From NCBI GenBank assembly GCA_027021335.1, contig JALUUO010000016.1:1776-65775 (forward strand): a stretch of DNA of 64,000 bases. The letters are read 5' to 3'. Shown piece after piece: positions 1-9,505 of the stretch; within the stretch, counting starts at the first letter, position 1; each line of letters opens with the position of its first letter. The translations under genes and the position numbers were made by a program. The stretch is from Nitrospirota bacterium. Lineage in GTDB: Bacteria; Nitrospirota; Thermodesulfovibrionia; SZUA-242. The notes below the pieces were generated by a model. The model had not been told where the DNA came from, did no database searches, and saw only the letters and a program-made list of their open reading frames with translations.

Positions 1-960
1 GATATCATTCTCGTCTGTCTGGCTGTCACAATCATTATCAATGCCGTCGTCACAGACCTCTCTTGCCTCTGGATACCTTGCCGGATCGTTATCGTCGCAG
101 TCGCCGGCGCACCATGCTACACCATCACCATCTGCGTCCACATCAGTGGATGGCCTGGCTCCGTCACAGTTTGAATCCTTGCCGTCGCAGATCTCAACAG
201 CGCCTGGATAGACACTCGAGTCATTGTCGTCACAGTCTATAGGACCGCACGCCCCACCTGAAGTTGAATATCCGTCTCCGTCCACGTCTGTTTCCACGCA
301 GGTAAGGCAATTTGGATCTGTTGCACAAGATGAATAATCAGCGCAATCGCTAAGCCCGTCGCAGTTGTTATCCTTGCCGTCACCGCATAGCTCGATAGCT
401 CCTGCATACACATCAGGATCACTATCATCACAGTCGTCACCACCACAAATCGTTAATGAATGTCCGTCACCGTCGTTATCCGGACAAACACATCCTGCCT
501 CATCCAGGCTACCGTCGCAGTTGTTGTCTTTATTGTCTCCACAGATTTCAATGTTGCCGGGATATACTGATGCATCAAAATCGTTGCAGTCGGGCGGATT
601 GTCACAGAGCCTTACTCCATCTCCGTCTGGGTCTCTTTCGTTATAGGGCAGTATACCGTTACAGTCGTCATCAATTTTATTACATAGCTCTACCGCGCCG
701 GGATATCTCGCCGGATCGTTATCATCGCAGTCGCCGGCGCACCATGCTACACCGTCACCATCAGCATCCACGTCAATAAATGACTGATATCCGTCACAGT
801 TTGAATCCTTACCGTCACAGATCTCGGCTGCATTTGGATGTACTTTGGCATCCTGATCATCACAGTCGGTCTGGCTCCCGTTTAAGCAACTTGTATCTCC
901 GGGGTTGCCGTAGCCGTCTTGATCGATGTCAATACACTGCGCCCGAAGATTCGGAGCCCA
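1..960. repeat. Direct repeat copy 1. 960 bp are identical to 2817..3776 and cover the MopE-repeat coding region of the two tandem paralogs
   Basis: Base-by-base comparison of lines 1-960 with 2817-3776. Identity ends at ...ttcggagccca (about 960 and about 3776), after which the sequences diverge. Confidence 0.85.
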
Positions 961-1033
961 CATGCATAAAACAAAAACAGCCCACAACATTATGCTTGAA
1001 TACTTTAGTAGACTTTTTAATAGAGTTTTCATG
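1..1033 (-). CDS. Partial CDS (N-terminal about 344 aa; C-terminus lies beyond the window start). Secreted protein with MopE-like Cys/Asp-rich metal-binding repeats, paralog of the next gene and probably also a multiheme cytochrome
   Basis: Minus-strand ATG at 1033 preceded by GGAGG RBS. Translated N-terminus MKTLLKSLLKYSSIMLWAVFVLCMWAPNLRAQCIDIDQDGYGNPGDT... matches the N-terminus of the 1050..3827 protein. nt 1-960 are identical to nt 2817-3776. Confidence 0.6.
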
Positions 1034-1049
1034 AATTCTCCTTCCTTTT

Positions 1050-3827
1050 TTAACGGCGGCGTCCGGTACGTCGTCTGTCTCCCCCCATGCGCGGTGGTTG
1101 AAATCCACGCTCATGTTTATGACACATTGTGCAATCTCGTCCTGAATTATGTGCCTGACCGCCTGGGGCTGTTCCGTCGGCCTGATGATGATTTGTTTGA
1201 GTGTGGCATGTATTACATATGTAGTTTTCCGTGGACATGTCATCCGGACGATCTATCAGATCATAGGCAAAACTGTAGGGTCCTGTCCTGGCTTCGAACA
1301 CCACCGGGGTTCCGCGAACCAGACTGCGTATAAATGCCAGATTTATATTATTGCGGAAATTGACCTGTTGTCTCATCGGGTTGTGGCACTCGACGCAATT
1401 GAGAGAGGCTAGTTGGCCGGTATATGGATCTACGTATTTGTCACTGTAATGGGCTATAACTTTGATATCAGAACCGCCGTTCTGGGCATTCGGACTATCA
1501 GCTTTATGACAACCGTAGCATTTGCTGTTGTCGATAGGAGAGTCAAAGACAGCATCCACTATATCCCCGTTTTCATCCGCCGTGTGACATACCACGCAAT
1601 CAAAAACATTATGAGGAGGAGGAGGTTGCGTCGGTAGGAAGGCGTTACTATGTGAATGACAGTTAGTACACTTTTTACCGTCATTGTGTCCTATATAACC
1701 GAATTCGTCATTATCCGCAGGCGCGCCTCCATCATAGTGATGATGGTTGGTTATGGTATGACAGGTTTCACATACGTTTTCATTGTGAGGAGGGCCATCT
1801 GCAAACGAATCCTCTCCCTGATGGCTTGTGAAAACTATATTGCTATCCGGTATGACACTACCTGAAAGAGTTGATCGTATAAGCTTTATATTTGTTTGTT
1901 CGAACATGGGATTATGACAATCCACACAGGAATTGTTGTAGATATATTTGCCAGATCCGTTTTCCGAGGTGTGGGCAAGCACATCCGGCGCTTCCGGAAA
2001 GCTATCTTTTAATATGCCTAAAGGCGTATGGCACTGCTTGCATTTTGCACTTGGTATTTCAGCACTGTAATCAATAATTCCGTTCCAGTCATCCATGTGA
2101 CAATAGTTACAGTTACTCAGGAAATCCTCTGTATTATGCGGCGGCTGGGGTGTTGCTCCTGCCGGTGAGAAACCTGCGGAGTGGAGATGGCACTCAGTGC
2201 ATTTTTTGCCGTCATTATGCGACTGTCCACCCGGGGCTGTTCCGTCGTTTTGGTGATGATTGGTTCGGGTATGGCAGGTTTCGCATATGTTTTCATTATG
2301 AGGAGGACCGTCTGCAAACGAGCCCGGACCTTCACCGGCCGTAAATTCAACATAGCTTTCGTTATGTTTACCAGTGGCTTGGTTGTCTAAACAGATATAT
2401 TCTTTAATAAGCTTGCCGTATGATGTCCCGTACTTACGGTTCTGCTCCTGTTGGTGAGGGTTGTGACAAGTTACACAATGCATATCCCAGTCTCCATACT
2501 TGGTTCCCAGTGTCAACGAGGAGTGAACCTTTACGTTTGGAGCAGAGCCGAAGCCGTAGGGAAAAGGATCTGGATATTGTGCTTTTAGCACTCCGTTTAG
2601 AGGATCAGATGTGTCAGCCGGATCTGCATGACAACGTTGGCATTGATAGTTTCCGCCCGGTACCGCATTGCCTTCCGCATCTTTATAATGACACTTGCCG
2701 CAGCGCAGCTCTGTATTGTCAGGGTGCAGGGATTCGTCCGGATTAAGCAGGTCAGCCAGATGCGGCGGGTCTTTTGGTGTTGTTTTGGTTCCGCAGGTCG
2801 GTGGACCGCAGTCGGCGATATCATTCTCGTCTGTCTGGCTGTCACAATCATTATCAATGCCGTCGTCACAGACCTCTCTTGCCTCTGGATACCTTGCCGG
2901 ATCGTTATCGTCGCAGTCGCCGGCGCACCATGCTACACCATCACCATCTGCGTCCACATCAGTGGATGGCCTGGCTCCGTCACAGTTTGAATCCTTGCCG
3001 TCGCAGATCTCAACAGCGCCTGGATAGACACTCGAGTCATTGTCGTCACAGTCTATAGGACCGCACGCCCCACCTGAAGTTGAATATCCGTCTCCGTCCA
3101 CGTCTGTTTCCACGCAGGTAAGGCAATTTGGATCTGTTGCACAAGATGAATAATCAGCGCAATCGCTAAGCCCGTCGCAGTTGTTATCCTTGCCGTCACC
3201 GCATAGCTCGATAGCTCCTGCATACACATCAGGATCACTATCATCACAGTCGTCACCACCACAAATCGTTAATGAATGTCCGTCACCGTCGTTATCCGGA
3301 CAAACACATCCTGCCTCATCCAGGCTACCGTCGCAGTTGTTGTCTTTATTGTCTCCACAGATTTCAATGTTGCCGGGATATACTGATGCATCAAAATCGT
3401 TGCAGTCGGGCGGATTGTCACAGAGCCTTACTCCATCTCCGTCTGGGTCTCTTTCGTTATAGGGCAGTATACCGTTACAGTCGTCATCAATTTTATTACA
3501 TAGCTCTACCGCGCCGGGATATCTCGCCGGATCGTTATCATCGCAGTCGCCGGCGCACCATGCTACACCGTCACCATCAGCATCCACGTCAATAAATGAC
3601 TGATATCCGTCACAGTTTGAATCCTTACCGTCACAGATCTCGGCTGCATTTGGATGTACTTTGGCATCCTGATCATCACAGTCGGTCTGGCTCCCGTTTA
3701 AGCAACTTGTATCTCCGGGGTTGCCGTAGCCGTCTTGATCGATGTCAATACACTGCGCCCGAAGATTCGGAGCCCAGACTACCAGAACTAAAATACAACT
3801 CAGAAGTAGCTTTAAAAAAAACTTCAT
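1050..3827 (-). CDS. Secreted fusion protein: N-terminal MopE-like (DxDxDGDG / CxxDCDDxDxxxxPGAxExCdGxDnDCdG) putative metal-binding repeats plus a C-terminal multiheme c-type cytochrome with 15 CxxCH motifs
   Basis: The ORF track shows a 932-aa ORF. The likely true start is MKFFLK at 3827 with a GGAGG RBS, followed by a signal peptide. I counted 15 CxxCH motifs: CGKCH, CQRCH, CVTCH, CETCH, CTECH, CNYCH, CKQCH, CVDCH, CETCH, CTNCH, CVVCH, CYGCH, CVECH, CNTCH and CTMCH. The module FADGPPHNENxCETCH...HNDGKKCTxCH is triplicated. Confidence 0.75.
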   Translation of the reverse strand: MKFFLKLLLSCILVLVVWAPNLRAQCIDIDQDGYGNPGDTSCLNGSQTDCDDQDAKVHPNAAEICDGKDSNCDGYQSFIDVDADGDGVAWCAGDCDDNDPARYPGAVELCNKIDDDCNGILPYNERDPDGDGVRLCDNPPDCNDFDASVYPGNIEICGDNKDNNCDGSLDEAGCVCPDNDGDGHSLTICGGDDCDDSDPDVYAGAIELCGDGKDNNCDGLSDCADYSSCATDPNCLTCVETDVDGDGYSTSGGACGPIDCDDNDSSVYPGAVEICDGKDSNCDGARPSTDVDADGDGVAWCAGDCDDNDPARYPEAREVCDDGIDNDCDSQTDENDIADCGPPTCGTKTTPKDPPHLADLLNPDESLHPDNTELRCGKCHYKDAEGNAVPGGNYQCQRCHADPADTSDPLNGVLKAQYPDPFPYGFGSAPNVKVHSSLTLGTKYGDWDMHCVTCHNPHQQEQNRKYGTSYGKLIKEYICLDNQATGKHNESYVEFTAGEGPGSFADGPPHNENICETCHTRTNHHQNDGTAPGGQSHNDGKKCTECHLHSAGFSPAGATPQPPHNTEDFLSNCNYCHMDDWNGIIDYSAEIPSAKCKQCHTPLGILKDSFPEAPDVLAHTSENGSGKYIYNNSCVDCHNPMFEQTNIKLIRSTLSGSVIPDSNIVFTSHQGEDSFADGPPHNENVCETCHTITNHHHYDGGAPADNDEFGYIGHNDGKKCTNCHSHSNAFLPTQPPPPHNVFDCVVCHTADENGDIVDAVFDSPIDNSKCYGCHKADSPNAQNGGSDIKVIAHYSDKYVDPYTGQLASLNCVECHNPMRQQVNFRNNINLAFIRSLVRGTPVVFEARTGPYSFAYDLIDRPDDMSTENYICNTCHTQTNHHQADGTAPGGQAHNSGRDCTMCHKHERGFQPPRMGGDRRRTGRRR
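2817..3776. repeat. Direct repeat copy 2 (see 1..960)
   Basis: Identical ORF-track entries 237..446 vs 3053..3262 and 365..646 vs 3181..3462 (offset 2816). Confidence 0.85.
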
Positions 3828-3883
3828 GACTCCTCCATAGTGACGCATAATAGGGTGTTTTTTTGTTTTAGGTTACTTTTAGG

Positions 3884-5623
3884 TTAATAGCTGAAACCCC
3901 GATGATTGCGTCCATGGCACCGCAAGTAGCATCTGCCTTTGAATGTTCCTAAGTCTTCGAATTTTAACTCACCACTCATTCTTTCAGGAGAAACAACGGA
4001 TGTGTCAAAATTGATAAGATGTGCGTTATTAACAGCATTCCCCTGAGAACTGCTTATGCCGTGAGGGTCGTGACATATTGCACATGGCGCGTTTTGTCTT
4101 ACTATATGAAAGTAGTGCCTGGCAAAACTTTCGTTGCCCAGTATGCTGTTTCTGTCGTGGCACTTATAACATAGCGCGTAGTTGTCAGGGCTTTCACTTG
4201 TGTAATCATTCATTATGTATTGCCTTTCAAGAAGGTAAGGATTTTGTGAGCCGTGAGGTCCTGCCGGGCCTGACCCTCCGGCCCCGGGGCCATTGTTATT
4301 GCTGTGACAGTCGGTGCAGTAGATGACACTGGCTGTTGTGTATCCAGGCAGAAGACTTGGAACGTTTGGGTTTCGTCCAGGCCCTTCGACCGGATGGTAT
4401 GCCGGGTTACTTAAATCAAACTGAAGCCGTCTGTTTAACTGACGTATCTGTCTTGGCACCGCTGTTGTACCCTCGGCGCTGTCTCCATGACATTTAAAAC
4501 ATATCTCATATTGGTAAGAAGCTGTTTTTACGGGCACTCCCTGGGCATTTACTCCGGTTACTCCCATTTGCACGCCTTTTACGTTTGGGGCGCTTGCCTC
4601 TGAACTGTTCACCTGGTGGGGGTTATGGCAATCCATGCATTCCACGTGTCTTTGTACTGTCAGAAAATTTTCTTTTGGTTCATGAATTCCGGCTGTACTG
4701 GCCACAGGATGAAAGGAAAGTTTTGAAAACTGGCTCTCGATATTCAGGGCAGCCACATTCCCATTATGACAAGGGAAACAATTGTTTTCTTCTGCATACT
4801 CATTAAGCAACCTTTCTTGACTGCCGGCGCTGTGTGGACGGTGGCAGTTTTCACATGCATTTTCTGCGACAGTAGTCCATTCGGTATGTTTCCATGGATC
4901 TGGAGCTATTCCGTTCCAAGTGGACGTAGAAAGATTATGCGAGCAGGAAGACCATCCTGTTTTCTGATGGCACTTAAGGCATAAAGCCGATGATGAATTG
5001 ACCACTCTAAGAAACTTACCATTGGCGTTGTTATGTGGGTCATGGCATGAAATACACTGTAACTCATTGTTTTTATCCAGCTTGACTTCATCGATAAGCA
5101 GTGAAGGGTTTTTGAATTCAGGGTTTACTATCGAAAGATAGCTGTCATATACAAAAGAGATAGGATGATCGTCCGAAAGGTCACTGGTAAGTGCTGCTGG
5201 ACCTGAATCCAGGTATCGTTGTGTCATATCGATTTCAAGTAGTCTGGAGCCGAGATCACCTAATGCTATGGTTCCGTCATGACAAGTCAAGCAGAGCCTT
5301 GAAGCACCTGTTGGCTGTCCGATGTTTGTCTGAATTGTTGTGCTGCTATAAGGTATGTAGGTGGCGGTAGAGTCCCGCTTATTCCATAACAGCCCCACTC
5401 CTTGCGCTTTGTGCGGTGTGTGGCAGAAAACGCATACTTCGCCTTCACTTATAGCTTTTATGGTTCCCGGGCCGGAAACCGAAAGATTGTGCTTGGAATC
5501 CACGACACTCATTGATGAGGCCGGCAGAGCTGACAGCAGGAGGATCAGCGGCACGGCAACATAAAACAACCATGTTGTATTAGATGAATTTATGAATTTT
5601 TTATATATATACGGTCTCTTCAT
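3884..5623 (-). CDS. Multiheme c-type cytochrome (11 CxxCH plus one CxxxCH), secreted
   Basis: 579-aa ORF with an N-terminal hydrophobic segment. Motifs: CVFCH, CLTCH, CISCH, CLKCH, CENCH, CFPCH, CMDCH, CFKCH, CTDCH, CYKCH, CAICH and CYLRCH. Confidence 0.8.
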   Translation of the reverse strand: MKRPYIYKKFINSSNTTWLFYVAVPLILLLSALPASSMSVVDSKHNLSVSGPGTIKAISEGEVCVFCHTPHKAQGVGLLWNKRDSTATYIPYSSTTIQTNIGQPTGASRLCLTCHDGTIALGDLGSRLLEIDMTQRYLDSGPAALTSDLSDDHPISFVYDSYLSIVNPEFKNPSLLIDEVKLDKNNELQCISCHDPHNNANGKFLRVVNSSSALCLKCHQKTGWSSCSHNLSTSTWNGIAPDPWKHTEWTTVAENACENCHRPHSAGSQERLLNEYAEENNCFPCHNGNVAALNIESQFSKLSFHPVASTAGIHEPKENFLTVQRHVECMDCHNPHQVNSSEASAPNVKGVQMGVTGVNAQGVPVKTASYQYEICFKCHGDSAEGTTAVPRQIRQLNRRLQFDLSNPAYHPVEGPGRNPNVPSLLPGYTTASVIYCTDCHSNNNGPGAGGSGPAGPHGSQNPYLLERQYIMNDYTSESPDNYALCYKCHDRNSILGNESFARHYFHIVRQNAPCAICHDPHGISSSQGNAVNNAHLINFDTSVVSPERMSGELKFEDLGTFKGRCYLRCHGRNHRGFSY

Positions 5624-5673
5624 AGCCTTTTTGGACCTCCTTGTTTTTCGGTTACATATTCCAACTTCTTAGG

Positions 5674-6735
5674 TTATTCCTTCACGTACTGGAAAACCTG
5701 TATTCTTTGGTTAAATGAATCGGATACATATATGCGGTCGTTACTGTCAATTAAAATGCCTGCAGGTAAATAGAACTCGCCCGGTTTACGGCCTGGAGTT
5801 CCAAAATAAAGCAGAGCATGCCCTTTGGGGTTGAATATCTGAATATTGTTGAATTCTGCATCAACCACATATATGTGGTTGTCACTGTCCACAGCTATGC
5901 CTCTTGGCTTGGAAAACGCTCCGGGGCCGTCGCCTGCTATACCGAAACTACTTAGAAAACCGCCGTCATTACCAAAAATCTGAACTCGGAAGTTCATAGA
6001 GTCTGTAACATACAGGTTTCCTTTAGTATCCAGACATATATTTGTAGGGTAATTAAATTCACCAGGCTTCTCTCCACGTTGACCTAAGTCAAATAACAGC
6101 TTTCCATTAGTACGGTTATAAACACGTATTTTATGCGCCATGGTATCAACAACATAAAGTTTTTCAAGCAGGCTGTCTACGACCAGACCGGTAGGCCTCA
6201 TGAATTCACCAATTGTTGTTTCCAGCAATCCATCTCGGTTAAATACATAAACCTTCTTTGCCACAGAGTCTGATACATATATTTTCCCATCCTCGGCCAC
6301 ATCTACGTCGATTGGGGAAAGGAAAACCATATTATCTTTTTTGGCAGGGATCTGACGGTATTTACCGTCCGGCAGATGAAATATATGTACTAACCTGCCT
6401 CCTGTGTCAACAATAAGAAGATTATCTTTTTTATCCAAGGCTAACCCGTATGGACGGATAAGCAAAGGCATATTTTTACCTAAAAACAGTTCTTTAACCC
6501 GATTTAAAAAGCCTGTGCTTTTAGATATATCCCTTGGAAAGTTTATCTCTCTTTCAAAAACTATCCTTGCCTTTTGTGGTGGCGGTGGCCATGTGATGGC
6601 CTGACTGTTTTTTTCTTTTTGCTGGAGTTGAGTTGTTTCAGAACATCCTGCAAAAAAAGCGCTTACGAGTATTAACATGCAGAAGATCTTTATTGCCGGA
6701 AAAAACGAAAGCCTGGCTGTTTTTGAAATTAACAT
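5674..6735 (-). CDS. NHL-repeat (six-bladed beta-propeller) lipoprotein
   Basis: Repeated NHL-type motifs: LYVTDSMNFRVQIF, IYVVDAEFNNIQIFNPKG and IYVSDSFNQRIQVF. The lipobox-like segment is AFFAGCSE. The ORF track extends the ORF to 6843, overlapping the upstream gene, so the start is taken at the internal Met (MLISK...) about 6735. Confidence 0.7.
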   Translation of the reverse strand: MLISKTARLSFFPAIKIFCMLILVSAFFAGCSETTQLQQKEKNSQAITWPPPPQKARIVFEREINFPRDISKSTGFLNRVKELFLGKNMPLLIRPYGLALDKKDNLLIVDTGGRLVHIFHLPDGKYRQIPAKKDNMVFLSPIDVDVAEDGKIYVSDSVAKKVYVFNRDGLLETTIGEFMRPTGLVVDSLLEKLYVVDTMAHKIRVYNRTNGKLLFDLGQRGEKPGEFNYPTNICLDTKGNLYVTDSMNFRVQIFGNDGGFLSSFGIAGDGPGAFSKPRGIAVDSDNHIYVVDAEFNNIQIFNPKGHALLYFGTPGRKPGEFYLPAGILIDSNDRIYVSDSFNQRIQVFQYVKE

Positions 6736-6745
6736 CAATTGTGTT

Positions 6746-8716
6746 TTACCTCCTGCTTCCAAAGAGCCTTCGAGCTCTGAGGTAGATGCGCTCACGTTTT
6801 TCTTTTCCAATGGTTGTTTCCTGGTTTCGATTAAGGTTTTCATAGGTTAAGGTTATATCCAAAGTTCTGTAGCGCCAACGTAAATTAGTACGGAAGTTGA
6901 ATGAAACCTGTTTTTCACCCACAAGTTCCTGGTTGCGGTACTGTGTTTCAATATCACACTTTGCTCTGTATGGAAGGAATAAAAACAACTTTGCGGAAAC
7001 TGTACGGTCGATTGAATCCTCAATATACTCGAATGTGGATGTTTCAGAGTAGCTGGCGTTTAGATTTAAAACAGGGTTGAAATATCGTAAATTTTTTAAT
7101 CTGAAAATGAGGACTTCGGAGTATTTTGTGGTTTTATATGGATTTCTAACAGACTTATGAATAGTTTTTTCTGCTCTGGTTGTTGAATTTTTCCACTTTA
7201 TTTCAGTGCCGAATGACTTGTCTCTTATATCTTCAAGCCTGCCGATATCGTTTCCGCCTTTTAGCGATTGATCAGAACTGCCCGCATAGTAAAATACCCT
7301 CCAAGCCCTTTTTATATCCAGTTGTCCCCCATAAGTTTGAGTTCGCGTTTCGAATTCGATTGGAGGAGTAGGTTCAAAGTCGTAGCTTATATAAACTGTC
7401 TTACCTAACAGAAAATCTCCATATGCCGGTAAGAGTCTTATTTTGGTAAGTGTTCCGGATTTTTCCAGTCTGTAGTGAAGCCCTTCTTCAATAGGAAGTC
7501 CGGTTACTGGATCGGTGATCTCAAGGCTGTCTTTATCCTCTATTTTAATTGTCGCCTCATCTACAAGATCCCGTTTTAGAAGAATTACATCATCGCCCTC
7601 CGGGTTTTCTCCAAAAAAATGTTCTTCTCTTGAAATGTGGCTTTTGTCTTCAGAAAAGTTTTCATCTGTGTTTTCTATGAAAGTACGGTAGTTGAGAGTC
7701 AGCCTGCCAAAAGAAAGGCGTTTACGGTAATTGAAACGTAATTCTGCAGAAAGTGTATCTTTTTTGCCTGAGTTTAATGTGTAATTTTCTCCGTTTAGTT
7801 CGACACCTGTACTAAGGCTTTCATAAAGTTGGTGTTTCAGGCCGGCGCGGTACCGGTGTTGTTTTGTCACTTTGCCTACCAGCCTGGAATCCTCATAGTC
7901 GTAACGATAGTAGGAATCAAGGTTTTTTGTATGTCTAATATAGATGTTTTCTCCTACTGTAATATCTCTGTATGGAATTGTGCCTGTCTGGTCTCGCCAG
8001 CGAAACAGGCTTGTCAATGCATGCTGCTCTTTAGAACCGAAGTGGTAAGTGTTTGAGGCATTGACCAGATCTGTCTGTAAATCCAGATGTGCCACAGCTT
8101 GGGACCTTCTTTCGTTTTCATACCTTAAGGTACTTGTCCCTAGCATGCCTTCGTTACGAATGCTCAGGTATGCTCTGTTAAGTTTGTCATTGGTTTTGTC
8201 CTGTCCCTCTCCAACAGAGCTCAGCGTGTCATAACCAAGGTCTGTAGGAAACAATTTATGCCGGTAATGAAGAGCAACCCCTTTTTGGGTGGTAGTGAGA
8301 CGTTGGCTTTCGAAAAAACTGCTGTTTGTATCCTGAGTGTTTCTGTTTGCAAGCAGGGTCATTGATATGGGATGAGACTTTAAAATAAGCATTGATAGGT
8401 TGTAATCAGTGTACTTGTCTCTTAACTCCTGCTGAAACTGCATATTGGATGTTTCAGACTCCTGCTTGAAAATAAACTTCGTGTCGGCTTTGAATTCGAG
8501 AAGGCGTGGGTGATAGACGTAGCCATCCACGCCCAATCCCAGTTCTTCAAATAATGCTTCGTCCAGTTCTTTAATAGGCATGTTCGTCCGCAAATTTTCG
8601 CGGTAATCATTTTCCCGCTCAGCTCCAAGTCCGATAAAACCTCCTAGTCTATTAAAACTGACTGAAGTGATAGGGGTAGTCTGGTTTTGGGCCTGTAATA
8701 AAGGAACCTGTAACAT
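6746..8716 (-). CDS. Hypothetical beta-rich protein, possibly an outer-membrane beta-barrel/porin-like component of the cytochrome cluster
   Basis: 656-aa ORF rich in Y/R/N/T/S with alternating-residue segments typical of beta-barrels. In-frame upstream translation (…KRFKIAIITCFYII-MLQVPLLQA↓QNQ) reads like a signal peptide, but I found no canonical start codon upstream. Confidence 0.5.
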   Translation of the reverse strand: MLQVPLLQAQNQTTPITSVSFNRLGGFIGLGAERENDYRENLRTNMPIKELDEALFEELGLGVDGYVYHPRLLEFKADTKFIFKQESETSNMQFQQELRDKYTDYNLSMLILKSHPISMTLLANRNTQDTNSSFFESQRLTTTQKGVALHYRHKLFPTDLGYDTLSSVGEGQDKTNDKLNRAYLSIRNEGMLGTSTLRYENERRSQAVAHLDLQTDLVNASNTYHFGSKEQHALTSLFRWRDQTGTIPYRDITVGENIYIRHTKNLDSYYRYDYEDSRLVGKVTKQHRYRAGLKHQLYESLSTGVELNGENYTLNSGKKDTLSAELRFNYRKRLSFGRLTLNYRTFIENTDENFSEDKSHISREEHFFGENPEGDDVILLKRDLVDEATIKIEDKDSLEITDPVTGLPIEEGLHYRLEKSGTLTKIRLLPAYGDFLLGKTVYISYDFEPTPPIEFETRTQTYGGQLDIKRAWRVFYYAGSSDQSLKGGNDIGRLEDIRDKSFGTEIKWKNSTTRAEKTIHKSVRNPYKTTKYSEVLIFRLKNLRYFNPVLNLNASYSETSTFEYIEDSIDRTVSAKLFLFLPYRAKCDIETQYRNQELVGEKQVSFNFRTNLRWRYRTLDITLTYENLNRNQETTIGKEKRERIYLRARRLFGSRR

Positions 8717-8853
8717 TATTATATAAAAGCAGGTGATAATTGCTATTTTAAATCTTTTTACTATGTTGCACCTCGTACATCACGTATTGAATTATTTTTT
8801 GTTTATACTTCGCTGATAAAACCATTAAAAACCATTAAAATATTAAACCGGCC

Positions 8854-9504
8854 TCACTCTGTTTTAAGCATAAAACGGGCCTGGCTTCCATGAGGGTCAT
8901 GACACTCTGTACAGGCTGTATCGTCTATTTCCTCATGAATCACTGTTTTTAAAAGTCGATTTTCGTTGTGGCATTTAAAGCAGAGCTTCTGAATAGGCCA
9001 GATCTGCAGCATATACGGGTTTGCGGTTTCATGAGGATGATGACACTCCAAGCAAGCCCCGAATTGAACAGGTGCATGTACCCATGCAAAAGTTTTGCCC
9101 AAATCCTCTTGTGACATATAGTCATGACATCTAAGGCAAATTCTGAGTTTTTTATCTAAAAGGGTGAAACCAACCGGAGCTGCAATAGTCCTTTTTGTTG
9201 TCTGGTGGCATCCATAACACATTTTTACGGCATATGGTGGATGTTGAACCGTTGTAGGAGACAGCTCTACCGGAGCTTTAGTTTGATCCTGGGTGTTTCT
9301 TTTAGCGGCGGTATTAAATTCTTTCCGGTCGGTCGGTTTGATCTCCGGTGGTGTGTCAGTTGTTTTTTTTGTCTTTTGTATTGGCGGAACGCCATCGAAA
9401 AAAAAGGATAAAACACGGTGTTTCGTCATCTGGTCACAACCCTGTAGCATAAAAAAGGCTATGAAAATTGCCGCTATCAAAGTCAATATTTTTTTTTTGA
9501 TCAT
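8854..9504 (-). CDS. Pentaheme c-type cytochrome lipoprotein
   Basis: 216-aa ORF. Signal/lipobox MIKKKILTLIAAIFIAFFMLQGC. Motifs: CYGCH, CLRCH, CLECH, CFKCH and CTECH. Confidence 0.8.
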   Translation of the reverse strand: MIKKKILTLIAAIFIAFFMLQGCDQMTKHRVLSFFFDGVPPIQKTKKTTDTPPEIKPTDRKEFNTAAKRNTQDQTKAPVELSPTTVQHPPYAVKMCYGCHQTTKRTIAAPVGFTLLDKKLRICLRCHDYMSQEDLGKTFAWVHAPVQFGACLECHHPHETANPYMLQIWPIQKLCFKCHNENRLLKTVIHEEIDDTACTECHDPHGSQARFMLKTE

Positions 9505-9505
9505 G

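Noticed and set aside
365-3829. Numerous ORFs of 60-135 aa on the plus strand inside the MopE/cytochrome genes (for example 365..646, 456..779, 2695..3027, 3181..3462, 3272..3595)
   Set aside because: They lie antisense to a strongly supported large CDS. Their S/P/R/H-rich low-complexity translations are the typical mirror image of Cys/Asp/Gly-rich coding sequence. They are duplicated only because the DNA repeat is duplicated.
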